Assembly (NCBI GenBank): GCA_045803545.1
Contig: JBJMOW010000004.1
Span: 1,056,001-1,120,000, forward strand
DNA length: 64,000 nt
From: Gemmatimonadaceae bacterium
Lineage (GTDB): Bacteria; Gemmatimonadota; Gemmatimonadetes; Gemmatimonadales; Gemmatimonadaceae
Direction of reading: 5' to 3'
The notes beneath the pieces were generated by a model. It was given only the letters and a program-made list of their open reading frames with translations, was not told the origin of the DNA and searched no databases. Shown here piece by piece: positions 28,068 to 38,932 of this stretch (position 1 is its first letter; each line of letters opens with the position of its first letter). The translations under genes and the position numbers were made by a program.

Positions 28068-28999
28068 CTATCGCCTCCGAGGACTTCGCCGACCTCAGCG
28101 GCGCGGCCGCGCGTCCAATCGTGCGCCGCCATCCGGCTTTTACCAGCTGGCTGAACTTCGCTGATGCGCAACGCATCGAGGCCGCACGCCACGATAAGCT
28201 CGGCTTTGGTTTTGAGGACCTCGCCGGGTTTGCCTGTGATGCCATCCATCACTCTCGGGCCAAACAGTTTCACATCGCCCTTCGATGTCCTGGTGAAGGC
28301 GCCGGGTTTGGGGTCGAAAGCCCGGATTTGTCGTGAGATTTCCAGCGCGCTCTTTTGCCAATCAATGCGCGCGGACTCACGTGTGATCTTGGGCGCGAAG
28401 GTCGCCCGCGACTCATCCTGCGGTTGCTCGGCAACCTTTCCGGACAGGCTGTAAAGAGTGAGCGCCTCGACGAGGGTGAGGGCGCCCAGCTCTGACAAAC
28501 GGTTCTGCAGCTCGCCATAGGTCTCGTCATCGACGACCGGCGTCTCGGACTGCAAAATCATCGGACCAGCGTCGAGCTTCTGCACTACCCGCATCACCGT
28601 GACGCCGGTCTCGGTGAATCCCTCGAGGATAGCGGCCTGGATCGGCGCCGCGCCACGCAACAGTGGTAGTAGCGAAGCATGGACGTTGAGCGTGCCCAGT
28701 CGAGGCACGTCAATGATTTTCTGCGGGAGAATGTGCCCGTAAGCGACAACGACCGAGATGTCGGGCTTCAATTTCTCGAGCGTGTTGTAAAGCTCGAGAT
28801 CTCTGGCATTCTTCGGCTGAAATATCTCGAGCTCTTCGTCGAGCGCGATCTGCTTGATCGCCGACGGAATTATCTCGCGTGAGCGACCCTGCGGCTTGTC
28901 CGGCTGAGTGACGACGCCGATGACGTCGAATCCCTCACCGAGCAGGGCGCGCAGCGACGGCGCGGCGAATTCCGGTGTGCCCCAGAAAACGACGCGCAC
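28064..28999 (-). CDS. fmt: Methionyl-tRNA formyltransferase
   Basis: VFWGTPEFA, NVHASLLP, RGAAPIQ, LDAG. GTG start overlaps the def stop. Confidence 0.96.
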   Translation of the reverse strand: MRVVFWGTPEFAAPSLRALLGEGFDVIGVVTQPDKPQGRSREIIPSAIKQIALDEELEIFQPKNARDLELYNTLEKLKPDISVVVAYGHILPQKIIDVPRLGTLNVHASLLPLLRGAAPIQAAILEGFTETGVTVMRVVQKLDAGPMILQSETPVVDDETYGELQNRLSELGALTLVEALTLYSLSGKVAEQPQDESRATFAPKITRESARIDWQKSALEISRQIRAFDPKPGAFTRTSKGDVKLFGPRVMDGITGKPGEVLKTKAELIVACGLDALRISEVQPAGKSRMAAHDWTRGRAAEVGEVLGGDS

Positions 29000-29556
29000 T
29001 ACATCTCCGTTTCGTGATGATGCTCGCCGGGAACTTCCGCTTTGACTTTCCTGATAAATCCAGGATACTCGGTCTTTGACTTCTCCCATTTCGCCATCGC
29101 GGACTTGCGTTTGAGCGGGCTCAGGTAATCCACGAAAAGCTTGCCGTCGAGATGATCGATCTCGTGCTGAAAGCATCGGCCGAGCAGCTCCGACGCCGTC
29201 GCCTCGTACTGCTCGCCGTTTTCATTGGTGGCGCGAATCGTCACGGTAAACGGCCGCTCGACATCGCCGTAGATCTCGGGAATCGACAGGCATCCCTCTT
29301 CTGCCTTGTCGATGTCGCCAGTGCGCTCTATCACCTCGGGATTGATGAGTGTGAACTTCTGACCCTCGACGTCCACTACGGCCAGACGTTCGGTGCGGCC
29401 GACTTGGGGTGCGGCGAGGCCAATGCCCTCCGCGGCGTACATCGTCTCGAACATGTCGGCGACGAGCTGTCGCAGCTCGTCGGTGATTTCGGTGACGTGC
29501 TTTGTCGGCTTCCGCAGAACCGGGTCGCCCAGCACCCGGATGTCTAGAATGCTCAC
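28999..29556 (-). CDS. def: Peptide deformylase
   Basis: GIGLAAPQ, EGCLS, QHEIDHL. Confidence 0.97.
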   Translation of the reverse strand: MSILDIRVLGDPVLRKPTKHVTEITDELRQLVADMFETMYAAEGIGLAAPQVGRTERLAVVDVEGQKFTLINPEVIERTGDIDKAEEGCLSIPEIYGDVERPFTVTIRATNENGEQYEATASELLGRCFQHEIDHLDGKLFVDYLSPLKRKSAMAKWEKSKTEYPGFIRKVKAEVPGEHHHETEM

Positions 29557-29873
29557 CCAGCCGTCGCGGTGGAGGTGCCAGTATGTCTGCTGATCTTGGC
29601 GATGCGGCCGCGCTCGATAACGACACGCGTGTCGCCGGTCTTGATGGTGACTCGATCTTCCATGCTGCCGCCGTCGGCACCGACTTCCTTGATGAAGACG
29701 ACCTCGCCGACGAGGCCGCCGTTGGTGACGATCTCATCCCCTTTCTTGAGCGTGCGTACCATCTCGTCGTGCTTCTTGCGCTGGGTCTGTTGCGGACGAA
29801 TGAGTACGAAATAGAAAATCGCGAAAATCGCTCCATACATGAAAATGGAGCCGATGATTGGATTGCTTTGCAT
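29553..29873 (-). CDS. yajC: Preprotein translocase subunit YajC
   Basis: FYFVLIRPQQ, LKKGDEIVTNGG. Follows tgt. Confidence 0.95.
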   Translation of the reverse strand: MQSNPIIGSIFMYGAIFAIFYFVLIRPQQTQRKKHDEMVRTLKKGDEIVTNGGLVGEVVFIKEVGADGGSMEDRVTIKTGDTRVVIERGRIAKISRHTGTSTATAG

Positions 29874-29909
29874 GTGCCTGGGGCCCGGTACCGGTTCAGT
29901 GCGAGATGA

Positions 29910-31138
<1,229 letters not shown>

Positions 31139-31159
31139 TGTCTCTTGAAGGCCACGAAA

Positions 31160-32017
31160 ATGCCAGACGGCAAAGTGTGGTTCATCACCGGCTGCTCCAC
31201 CGGCTTCGGTCGCGAGCTCGCCAAGACGGTGCTCGAACGCGGGTATCGATGCGTCGTAACGGCGCGGGATCCGGCGAAGGCGGAAGACATCGCCAGGGGA
31301 CGTGAAGACCGCGCGCTGGTCCTCGAGCTCGACGTCACCGACCACGTGCAGGTCAACGCCGCAGTGAGCAGCGCGGTCGAGCACTTTGGCAAAATCGATG
31401 TGCTCGTAAACAACGCCGGCATCGGCTACTTCGGGTCCGTTGAGGAAAGCGACGAAGAAGAATTCCGCTGGATGTTCGAAATCAACTTTTTCGGCTTGTC
31501 GGCGATGACGCGCGCAGTGCTGCCGATTATGCGCAAGCAACGCAGCGGACAGATCGTCAACATCTCGTCGATCGGCGGCCTGCGCAGTTTTCCGGCACTC
31601 GCGTATTACAACGCGACCAAGTACGCCGTCGAGGGGTTTTCGGAATCGCTCGCACTAGAGGTCGCGCCGCTGGGTATCAAGGTTACGCTGGTCGAACCGA
31701 GCGGATTCCGCACCGATTGGGCTGGGCGATCGGCGGGAGAGACGAAATCGGGAATTGCCGATTATGCCGACACCGCGTGGAAGAACATTCAGAACCTGCG
31801 CGCGTCGAGCGGCAAACAGCCCGGTGATCCGGTGCGCGCTGCTGCCGCCATCATCGACGCTGTCGAATCGCCGAATCCTCCTCTCCGCCTGCTGCTTGGA
31901 AAGGCAGCCCTCAAAGGAGCACGCATCAAACTCGACATTCTGAAGCGGGATTTCGACGCATGGGAGCAAACGACCGTAGACGCCGATACTCCCGAGGCCG
32001 ATCCCGAAGCGGTTTGA
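31160..32017 (+). CDS. Short-chain dehydrogenase/reductase
   Basis: TGCSTGFG, NNAG, YNATK (YxxxK). Confidence 0.93.
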   Translation: MPDGKVWFITGCSTGFGRELAKTVLERGYRCVVTARDPAKAEDIARGREDRALVLELDVTDHVQVNAAVSSAVEHFGKIDVLVNNAGIGYFGSVEESDEEEFRWMFEINFFGLSAMTRAVLPIMRKQRSGQIVNISSIGGLRSFPALAYYNATKYAVEGFSESLALEVAPLGIKVTLVEPSGFRTDWAGRSAGETKSGIADYADTAWKNIQNLRASSGKQPGDPVRAAAAIIDAVESPNPPLRLLLGKAALKGARIKLDILKRDFDAWEQTTVDADTPEADPEAV

Positions 32018-32042
32018 TTTTGTTACGCTTCGACTAATTCCT

Positions 32043-32486
32043 TCAGTTCGTTCGACTTTGCGCCTGGAGCGTAACCCCGCCAACACTCTTGAAGAATCGA
32101 ACTTTGTTCGACAGCCCTATCTCATCGCCTGCACCAATGGCTTCCAGCTTTCCAATCATGAAGTCGCCTGGATAAACGAGGCCGTCAAACCGCAAAACGC
32201 TCACTTGCCCAGGCGTCGGCACGGTGCTGACTGACGTTATCGTGAGGTGAAGCCCTTTTGAGTCGGTAGTCCCGACGATGGTGGAGTTCGCACAAGGGCC
32301 TGCTTCACCACAACCGTCGCCGGTCCCCGAAATGTCGGATCCGTTCGCGGACAGCGTCATCTCGAAGAAACCACCGGGAATGCCACCCTGATCCTGATAC
32401 CAGATTCCCTGAATCAACGTGGGATTTAACGGCGACGAGCAACCACTCACTGCCAAGCCTGCCAACACCAACAACGCAGAACGCAT
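32043..32486 (-). CDS. Hypothetical lipoprotein
   Basis: GGAGG RBS, MRSALLVLAGLAVSGC lipobox. Confidence 0.65.
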   Translation of the reverse strand: MRSALLVLAGLAVSGCSSPLNPTLIQGIWYQDQGGIPGGFFEMTLSANGSDISGTGDGCGEAGPCANSTIVGTTDSKGLHLTITSVSTVPTPGQVSVLRFDGLVYPGDFMIGKLEAIGAGDEIGLSNKVRFFKSVGGVTLQAQSRTN

Positions 32487-32549
32487 ACGCGCCTCCATTA
32501 GGATGGATGCTCCCATATTACGCTCGGCGCAGCGATGTACAAGAAGCTC

Positions 32550-33590
32550 CTAAATCACAGCCATTGCGTCGCCATAGGAATAGAACCGATAGCCCTCGGC
32601 GATCGCCTCCTGATACGCGTACATCGTGAGCTCGAACCCTGCGAACGCAGCAACGAGCATGATCAGCGTCGATCGTGGCAGGTGAAAGTTGGTGATCAGG
32701 CGATCGACGCCGCGAAACTCATAGGGCGGCCGAATGAAGATGCGGGTGTCTGAAGATTTCTCGCGGAACATGCGATCTTCACCAACCGCGCTCTCCAGTG
32801 TTCGCACGCTCGTCGTTCCGACTGCCCAGATTTTTCCGCCGTTCGAGCGGGTGTCATTCAAAACCACCGCTGTGCGCGCAGGCAGGATGTAGGATTCCTC
32901 GTGCATCACGTGATCGGCAGGGTGCTCGGTGTCGACGGGCTTGAACGTTCCCGCTCCAATGTGAAGGATCACATCCGCGCGGCTCACCCCTTTCGTGGCC
33001 AATCGACCGAGCAGCTCCGGCGTGAAGTGGAGGCCGGCGGTCGGAGCTGCTACTGATCCGCTTTCTTTGGCATAGACCGTTTGGTAGCGCTCAATGTCAG
33101 CGGGTTGATCCGTTCGCGTGATGTAAGGGGGCAAAGGAATGTGGCCGTATTTCTCGATCGCATCATCAATCTCGAGCGGTGTATTCAATCGTACGACGCG
33201 CGTGCGCCGCTCCGTCGTCGCCACGATCTCGGCGTTGAAGTCATCGGCGAACTTCACCACCCGGCCCGGCTTGAGCTTGCCGCCGGGATGAACCATCGCT
33301 TCCCACTCCAATCCGCCAAGTGAACGCAACAACAAGACCTCTGCGGGGGTTCCATTGTCCCGCACGCCGAGCAGCCGCGCGCGAAATACGCGCGTGGTGT
33401 TGAGCACCAGCGAGTCACCAGCGGGAATCAGGTCAGCGAGGCCCGCAAAATCCTTGTGCTCGATTTCGCCAGTCGATCGATTCACGACGAGCAGCCGGCT
33501 CTCGCCGCGTCGCTCGGCAGGAAATTGGGCGACGCGATCGGCGGGAAGATCGAAATCGTAATGAGAGGTGCGAGAGCCGTCGCGGTTCAA
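32550..33590 (-). CDS. queA: SAM:tRNA ribosyltransferase-isomerase
   Basis: YDFDLP, PLPPYI, AAPTAGLHF, TNFHLP, YRFYSYGDAM. TTG start is approximate. Confidence 0.96.
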   Translation of the reverse strand: MNRDGSRTSHYDFDLPADRVAQFPAERRGESRLLVVNRSTGEIEHKDFAGLADLIPAGDSLVLNTTRVFRARLLGVRDNGTPAEVLLLRSLGGLEWEAMVHPGGKLKPGRVVKFADDFNAEIVATTERRTRVVRLNTPLEIDDAIEKYGHIPLPPYITRTDQPADIERYQTVYAKESGSVAAPTAGLHFTPELLGRLATKGVSRADVILHIGAGTFKPVDTEHPADHVMHEESYILPARTAVVLNDTRSNGGKIWAVGTTSVRTLESAVGEDRMFREKSSDTRIFIRPPYEFRGVDRLITNFHLPRSTLIMLVAAFAGFELTMYAYQEAIAEGYRFYSYGDAMAVI

Positions 33591-33633
33591 ACGATTGGAT
33601 GAAGGGGTCCTGAATGTGCAAACCGAACTCCAT

Positions 33634-34308
33634 GTGAAAACTATTCGACGTCGACAGGTCTCAGGAAACGCCGTGTTGGCCATTGCATTCGCGGCTGCCT
33701 GTGCGCTGCCGCGCGAGCGGCGGGAGATCCTGGCCGCTGACGCCGAGACTTTTGACGCGATCGTGCGCTCGCAGGTGAGCGACAGCGTCGGCACGGCATT
33801 TCTCCGCGTTGACTCTCGACCGGCTGGCGACAAGGAGATTCTGTCGTCGACGCCGTCTACCGCGGGAGGACTCGATCCCGATTCAGCAGTTGATTCCGCC
33901 CCTGAGAGCGATGCGCGCGCTATCACCGATCAGCGCAAGGAGATTCTGCGCGACCTGCGTGTTGAGGAAGGAGGTCCGTTCGTCTACCCCGATTGTGGCG
34001 GTTTTCGCACGAGTCGTTTCCGCGACACTGCCGCCGTGCACGCCAATCCGGATTGCCCGAACGCGTTTCATCGCTATGTGACAGTGGGTGTGCCCACCCG
34101 CGGTGCGAGCTCGGCGGTGACTAAGGCCCGCAGGCCCGACGCTCCGTCTTCCGATACCACCGGCGAGCAATGGACTGTCCTCGTGACTGAAACGGCCGTC
34201 GGGCCCGGCGGCCAGCAGTTTCACCAGTATGCGTGGCTTTTCCGCCGAGACGTCCAGACCGGTAAGCTTGGAGTGATCGAGAAGTACCTGCTCTCCTGGG
34301 CTGAGTAG
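33634..34308 (+). CDS. Hypothetical lipoprotein, paralog A (see 36994-37755)
   Basis: Lipobox AAAC and shared motifs with the 36994 ORF. Confidence 0.75.
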   Translation: MKTIRRRQVSGNAVLAIAFAAACALPRERREILAADAETFDAIVRSQVSDSVGTAFLRVDSRPAGDKEILSSTPSTAGGLDPDSAVDSAPESDARAITDQRKEILRDLRVEEGGPFVYPDCGGFRTSRFRDTAAVHANPDCPNAFHRYVTVGVPTRGASSAVTKARRPDAPSSDTTGEQWTVLVTETAVGPGGQQFHQYAWLFRRDVQTGKLGVIEKYLLSWAE

Positions 34309-34388
34309 TGGGTGAGGGAGGCGAAGAGGCGGCACACCTTCGATCCGGTTCCCGCCCCTGCCTCCCCGCCTCCCGCCTCCCGCCTTCA

Positions 34389-34456
34389 TGCAACCTAGGG
34401 GTTGCGCATTAAAAGGAACCATGCTAGGATATATGCAACCAGGAGGTTGCATATAT
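34389..34456. promoter_or_regulatory. Two GCAACC-N4-GGTTGC operators, probably ArsR autoregulatory sites
   Basis: TGCAACC-tagg-GGTTGC (34389-34405) and perfect ATATATGCAACC-agga-GGTTGCATATAT (34429-34456) overlapping the RBS and ATG. Confidence 0.8.
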
Positions 34457-34931
34457 GACGAGCACAATGGTGGAACCCATGACCAGCACTGACCGTATCG
34501 AAAAGAAAGTCGTCCTGCGCGCGCCAATCGGCAAAGTGTGGCACGCAATCGCCGACTCGAAACAGTTTGGCGAGTGGTTTCGCGTCAAACTCGCCGAGCC
34601 TTTCGCCGCCGGCAAGAAAGTGATGGGAAAGCTCACCATCCCCAATTACGAGCACCTCCAGTTCGAGATGGAAGTAGAGCGCATCGAGCCGCAGAACTAC
34701 TTCTCCTATCGCTGGCATCCGTACGCGATCGATCCGAAGACGGATTATTCCAAGGAGCCGACGACCCTCGTAGAGTTCAGTCTTCAGGAAGTCAAAGAGG
34801 GAACCGCGCTCACCATCACCGAGTCCGGATTCGATCGCCTGCCGGCTTCGCGCCGCGCCGAGGCGTTCCGCATGAACGACAACGGCTGGGCAGGGCAGGC
34901 GAAGCAGATTGCCGCCTATGTCGAGAAGTAG
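34455..34931 (+). CDS. SRPBCC/AHSA1-domain protein
   Basis: VWHAIAD..FGEWF, FSYRWHP, TITESGF, NGW. Confidence 0.9.
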   Translation: MTSTMVEPMTSTDRIEKKVVLRAPIGKVWHAIADSKQFGEWFRVKLAEPFAAGKKVMGKLTIPNYEHLQFEMEVERIEPQNYFSYRWHPYAIDPKTDYSKEPTTLVEFSLQEVKEGTALTITESGFDRLPASRRAEAFRMNDNGWAGQAKQIAAYVEK

Positions 34932-35274
34932 CGCTGCCGCAAAGCTGGTCGAAGCAGCGCCCGTATTCGCCGCGCTCGGCGATCCGACTCGCGTCGGTAT
35001 CGTCGCGCGGCTTTGCGTGGATGGGCCGTCGTCGACGACCCATCTCAGCAAAGGAGCTGGCGTTACCCGTCAGGCTATCACCAAACATCTCAACGCGCTT
35101 GGCGAAGCCGGCCTTGTGAAAGACAAATGGCAGGGCCGGCAGCGAATCTGGGAGCTTGAGACGCACCGCCTGGAGAAAGCGCGGCGCGTCCTCGACCAGG
35201 TGTCGCACGAGTGGGATGCTGCAATCGATCGCCTTCGAGCGTTTGTCGAAGACGATCGTCCTGCTCGCGATTAA
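34918..35274 (+). CDS. ArsR/SmtB-family transcriptional regulator
   Basis: VFAALGDPTR, TRQAITKHL, EAGLV, GR. Confidence 0.9.
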   Translation: MSRSSAAAKLVEAAPVFAALGDPTRVGIVARLCVDGPSSTTHLSKGAGVTRQAITKHLNALGEAGLVKDKWQGRQRIWELETHRLEKARRVLDQVSHEWDAAIDRLRAFVEDDRPARD

Positions 35275-36863
35275 TCGCGCAGAGTATCCGGCCTGATGCG
35301 GCGGTCGAGATCCTGTCCGATCTCGACCACCAGCTTCGGCAGCGCGCGCACGTCATCCAGCGTCGTTCGGAAGTTCACGATGCAGGCGCGCAGAACGTAG
35401 CGCTCACCGAGATGAGCGTTGGAGACCAGCGCGCCACCACTGCGACGAAGCGACGTCGCGATACGCGCATTCAGCTCGTTGAGATACGATGTGAGCGGCC
35501 CGGTCTCCGTCGCGCGACTGCGCAGGTCTGCGGGCACGTATCGAAATGTGGTGATACTGAGATTCCACGTTCCCCGCTCGAGCAGTTCCTGATCGCCGAC
35601 GAACTCGTGCAGTCGTCTGGCGAGCTCGATGTCGTCGGCGATCATTCGGCGGTAACCGCTTGCTCCTGCCTGGAGGAAGCCCAGCCAGATCTTGAGCGCG
35701 CGGAAGCCGCGTGAATTCTGTGGGCCGAACTCGAAGTAGTTCTTTACTTCCTGGCCTTCGTTGTCATCGAACTGGTAGTACGTCGGCTTGAATGCGAAAG
35801 CTTCCTGCAGATCCTCGCGGTCGCGCACGAGCGTGCAGCCGGCTTCGAGCGGCGCATAAAGCCATTTGTGCGGATCGATCGCTATGGAGTCGGCCAGCCG
35901 TAATCCTCTGAGGCTCGGCGACGCGTTATCGAGCGCGACCGCGGGTGCGCCGTAAGCTCCGTCGACGTGGAACCACAATCCGTACTCACCACAGATCTTC
36001 GCGATCTCCGGCAGCGGATCAGTCGCGCCCGTGCCGACCGTTCCGGCAGTGCCTACCGCCATGATCGGCAGCATCCCGGCCGCGGCATCCGCAGCCACCT
36101 GACGCCGCAGCGCATCCGGAATCAGTTGATGGTTGTCGTCGGTCGGCACCCAGCGCACCGCGGCAGTGCCGAGACCGCAAATGTCGGCGGCCTTGTTGAT
36201 CCAGGTGTGCATTTCGGTGGAACCATAGACGACCATGCGCCGCGCCTGGGCATCTGTCAAACCCTTGCCGCGGAGGTCCCAGGTTGCCTTCGCGCGTCGG
36301 CCGACGATGAAACCGACGATGTTGGCCATGTTGCCACCGCTAACGATGATGCCGTCCCATTTGCCAGTGAGTCCGAGAAACTTCGAAAGCCAGCGGATGC
36401 ACTCGTTTTCGATCTCAGTCGCAACGGGAGAAAGCGCCCAGGCGCCGCAATTTGGATTGACCGCAGACGCGAGCAGATCGGCGAGCGCGCCGACCGGTGC
36501 TGCCGACGAAGTGATGTAGCCCCAGAAGCGCGGACTGCCGTTGTGCGTCGATTCCTCGAAGAAGAGCTTGGCGAATTTCGACAGGACAGGTCCGATCTGG
36601 GTGCCGTTCTCGGGCAGATCGCGCTTGCCGAGTTTCTCTCGCAGCGCGTTGGGCAGAAGGGGCGAGGCGGTGGGAAGATTCGGCAGCTTCTCGTAAAAAT
36701 CTGCGATGTCGTCAATCAACCGATGACCGAGCGCGCGAAACTTCGCGGGCGACATGTTGGACGGCGCAGTTCGCTTTGTTAGCGAACCGGACTTATCGCT
36801 GGATTTGCCTCGAGTGGTCCTTGTTCCGGCTGATTTGCGGGGGCGAGCTTTCGTCTTTGGCAC
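35271..36863 (-). CDS. PLP-dependent group II (aromatic amino acid-type) decarboxylase
   Basis: SGGNMAN, HVDGAYG, DPHKWL, SRGFRALK. Confidence 0.92.
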   Translation of the reverse strand: MPKTKARPRKSAGTRTTRGKSSDKSGSLTKRTAPSNMSPAKFRALGHRLIDDIADFYEKLPNLPTASPLLPNALREKLGKRDLPENGTQIGPVLSKFAKLFFEESTHNGSPRFWGYITSSAAPVGALADLLASAVNPNCGAWALSPVATEIENECIRWLSKFLGLTGKWDGIIVSGGNMANIVGFIVGRRAKATWDLRGKGLTDAQARRMVVYGSTEMHTWINKAADICGLGTAAVRWVPTDDNHQLIPDALRRQVAADAAAGMLPIMAVGTAGTVGTGATDPLPEIAKICGEYGLWFHVDGAYGAPAVALDNASPSLRGLRLADSIAIDPHKWLYAPLEAGCTLVRDREDLQEAFAFKPTYYQFDDNEGQEVKNYFEFGPQNSRGFRALKIWLGFLQAGASGYRRMIADDIELARRLHEFVGDQELLERGTWNLSITTFRYVPADLRSRATETGPLTSYLNELNARIATSLRRSGGALVSNAHLGERYVLRACIVNFRTTLDDVRALPKLVVEIGQDLDRRIRPDTLRD

Positions 36864-36993
36864 TTTGGTGCGGGCAATGGAAGTGTGAAAATATCACGCC
36901 TCCGGCACAATCTCGAATCCCGATTCTTGCGCTCAAATTGTGTTTGTAGCGCAGTCGCCCGGCGCGGCCCTTTTTGTGCAAATTGCTGCGACA

Positions 36994-37755
36994 ATGATTC
37001 CCAGCCGCCGCGCGCTCTTTACCATTGTCTGCAGCGCCTTCGGGTCTGCCGCCTGCAAATCCGCTCCAGCCGCGGTCGAGACCCGCCCTATAGTCTCGCT
37101 TCCGAAGCGGCCAGCGACCCGCGAAGAGGAGATGACTCTGATCAGCGCCGACTCCGAGGTGTTTGCCGCCGTGGTTCGCGCTCAATTGCGCGCGGGCAGC
37201 GACGGTTATCCACTGCACATCGACGAGCTACGGTACGATCCGCGTCCCTACGGCTCGCGCGACGGATATCCGGAGCTGGGTGCGGGAGTGCAGGGTTCCG
37301 CGCCCGAGCTCTCGTTCCCCCGCGCGAGTGAGGAAGCGGTCCGTGAAATCGCGGAAAATCGGCGCCGCATTCTCGACGCGCACAACATCCCTGAAGGGAC
37401 GCCGTTCTTTTATCCGCAATGCGCCGGCATCAGCGTGCCGCGTCCGCCACCGCCGCGCCGGTCGGCTTCGCGCGGAGGCACCACCAACGTGCACGCAGGA
37501 TGTCCCAAGCAACCCGAGAGCTACGTGACGGTCGGACTCCCCCTGCGCGGTCAGCCGGAAGGACTCAGAAAAGTTCGCGATACTCGCGGCGACTACGTCG
37601 ATGTCGGGGACGATGCGTGGACGACGCTCGTCGAGGAGGTGGTCGCTGGCCCGACTGGCTGGAGTCGACGTCAATACGCGTGGGTGTTCAGGCGAAGCCG
37701 ATGGACAGGAAGGCTCGATCTCGCAGCCACGATTATGACCGGAGTCGTTGAGTGA
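36994..37755 (+). CDS. Hypothetical lipoprotein, paralog B (see 33634-34308)
   Basis: Lipobox SAAC and shared motifs with the 33634 ORF. Confidence 0.75.
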   Translation: MIPSRRALFTIVCSAFGSAACKSAPAAVETRPIVSLPKRPATREEEMTLISADSEVFAAVVRAQLRAGSDGYPLHIDELRYDPRPYGSRDGYPELGAGVQGSAPELSFPRASEEAVREIAENRRRILDAHNIPEGTPFFYPQCAGISVPRPPPPRRSASRGGTTNVHAGCPKQPESYVTVGLPLRGQPEGLRKVRDTRGDYVDVGDDAWTTLVEEVVAGPTGWSRRQYAWVFRRSRWTGRLDLAATIMTGVVE

Positions 37756-37777
37756 CGACCTAGCCGGCTTTCGACGT

Positions 37778-38002
37778 TTAGACGTCGGCGTAGTCGCCGC
37801 GCATAATGCTATCGATCTCGGTTTTTCCCCAATTCTCCTCTTCAGAGGCGAAGAACCGATCGCTGCCGGCGTTGATGCGTTCGCGCATGATGGGTGCTCC
37901 AGTCCTCCGATCGAGCCAGCCGATCAACATTCGCGTATAGCTAAACACTACGCCGACCGTTACGACGCTCATCAGGCGCACTATCGCGTGCGAAAACGAC
38001 AT
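37778..38002 (-). CDS. Small hypothetical membrane protein
   Basis: 74 aa with an N-terminal hydrophobic helix. Starts 4 nt after the TonB-domain gene. Confidence 0.5.
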   Translation of the reverse strand: MSFSHAIVRLMSVVTVGVVFSYTRMLIGWLDRRTGAPIMRERINAGSDRFFASEEENWGKTEIDSIMRGDYADV

Positions 38003-38006
38003 CGCT

Positions 38007-38834
38007 TTAAGATCCGGGTGGTCGGCGTGTTGGTCGTCGCGTTGGGACCTCGAAAGGCTTCACCGGCAACACCGCGTTCAATTTGAAATCGATCGGGTAC
38101 TGCACCAGCTGCTCGATCTTGTGGCCCTCGATCGTGGCCGGAGTGAACTCCATCATCTTCACTGCGTCGATTGCCGCCAGCGCGAAATCCTTGTACGTCG
38201 CCTGCACGCAAAGGATCGTCTCTGGTCTTGCCTTGCCCGTCGTGTCGACGATGAACTGCACCAGCGCAGATCCGCTTCGATTTGCGAGCTTTGGCCCGCG
38301 CGGATAGACGTAGTTGATGTGCTTTGCCAGCTCGATTGGCTTTTGCTGGATGGGCCCCTGTTTGAGCAGCTCAGCGTCAGTCAACAGCGTTGCCGCCGCC
38401 ACACCCCGCAACAGCAGCTCGAGAAACTCTTCCATTCCGTCCTTGTCGGTGACCACCTGGCGTGACACGCCGTTGGTGTCGGCGACAGTTAGTAAAAATC
38501 CGATCGTCATGCTGTCCGATGCGAAAGGCTGCACCAGCACAGTGTTGCCGAGTACGTACTGCGGCCGTGCAGGTTTATCGAGATCGTTGAACAGCTGTTG
38601 GTGAAACGTCCGCACCGAATCCGGTGGCAACTGATCGCCCATCAGTTTGGACGTATCGAGCTGCGCGTAGACGCGGATGGTATGCCGAGACGATACGTCG
38701 ACGCGGGTGAAGAAACGCCCCATCTTGAGAGAGCGCACTTCGCGCCAGTTGGTCTGCGCCATCGTCGATGACGCTGGAGAGAGCACGACCGCGGCGGTGA
38801 AAACGTACAGAACGATGTTGACGTGATGTCTCAT
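38007..38834 (-). CDS. Secreted protein with C-terminal TonB_C domain
   Basis: Signal peptide, YP...GSALVQFIVDTTGK...FTPA...PIDF. Confidence 0.8.
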   Translation of the reverse strand: MRHHVNIVLYVFTAAVVLSPASSTMAQTNWREVRSLKMGRFFTRVDVSSRHTIRVYAQLDTSKLMGDQLPPDSVRTFHQQLFNDLDKPARPQYVLGNTVLVQPFASDSMTIGFLLTVADTNGVSRQVVTDKDGMEEFLELLLRGVAAATLLTDAELLKQGPIQQKPIELAKHINYVYPRGPKLANRSGSALVQFIVDTTGKARPETILCVQATYKDFALAAIDAVKMMEFTPATIEGHKIEQLVQYPIDFKLNAVLPVKPFEVPTRRPTRRPPGS

Positions 38835-38932
38835 CGATTCTCCTCTGCCGCGTCCAGCGCGGCCCCTGCTCGTCGTGACTACAATTTAGGATGCTGCAAC
38901 GATCCTGCCTACGCCAGTGACTCCGGAGTGCC

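Noticed and set aside
26363..28100. TPP riboswitch for the thi genes
   Set aside because: The genes overlap fmt, so there is no leader to hold one.
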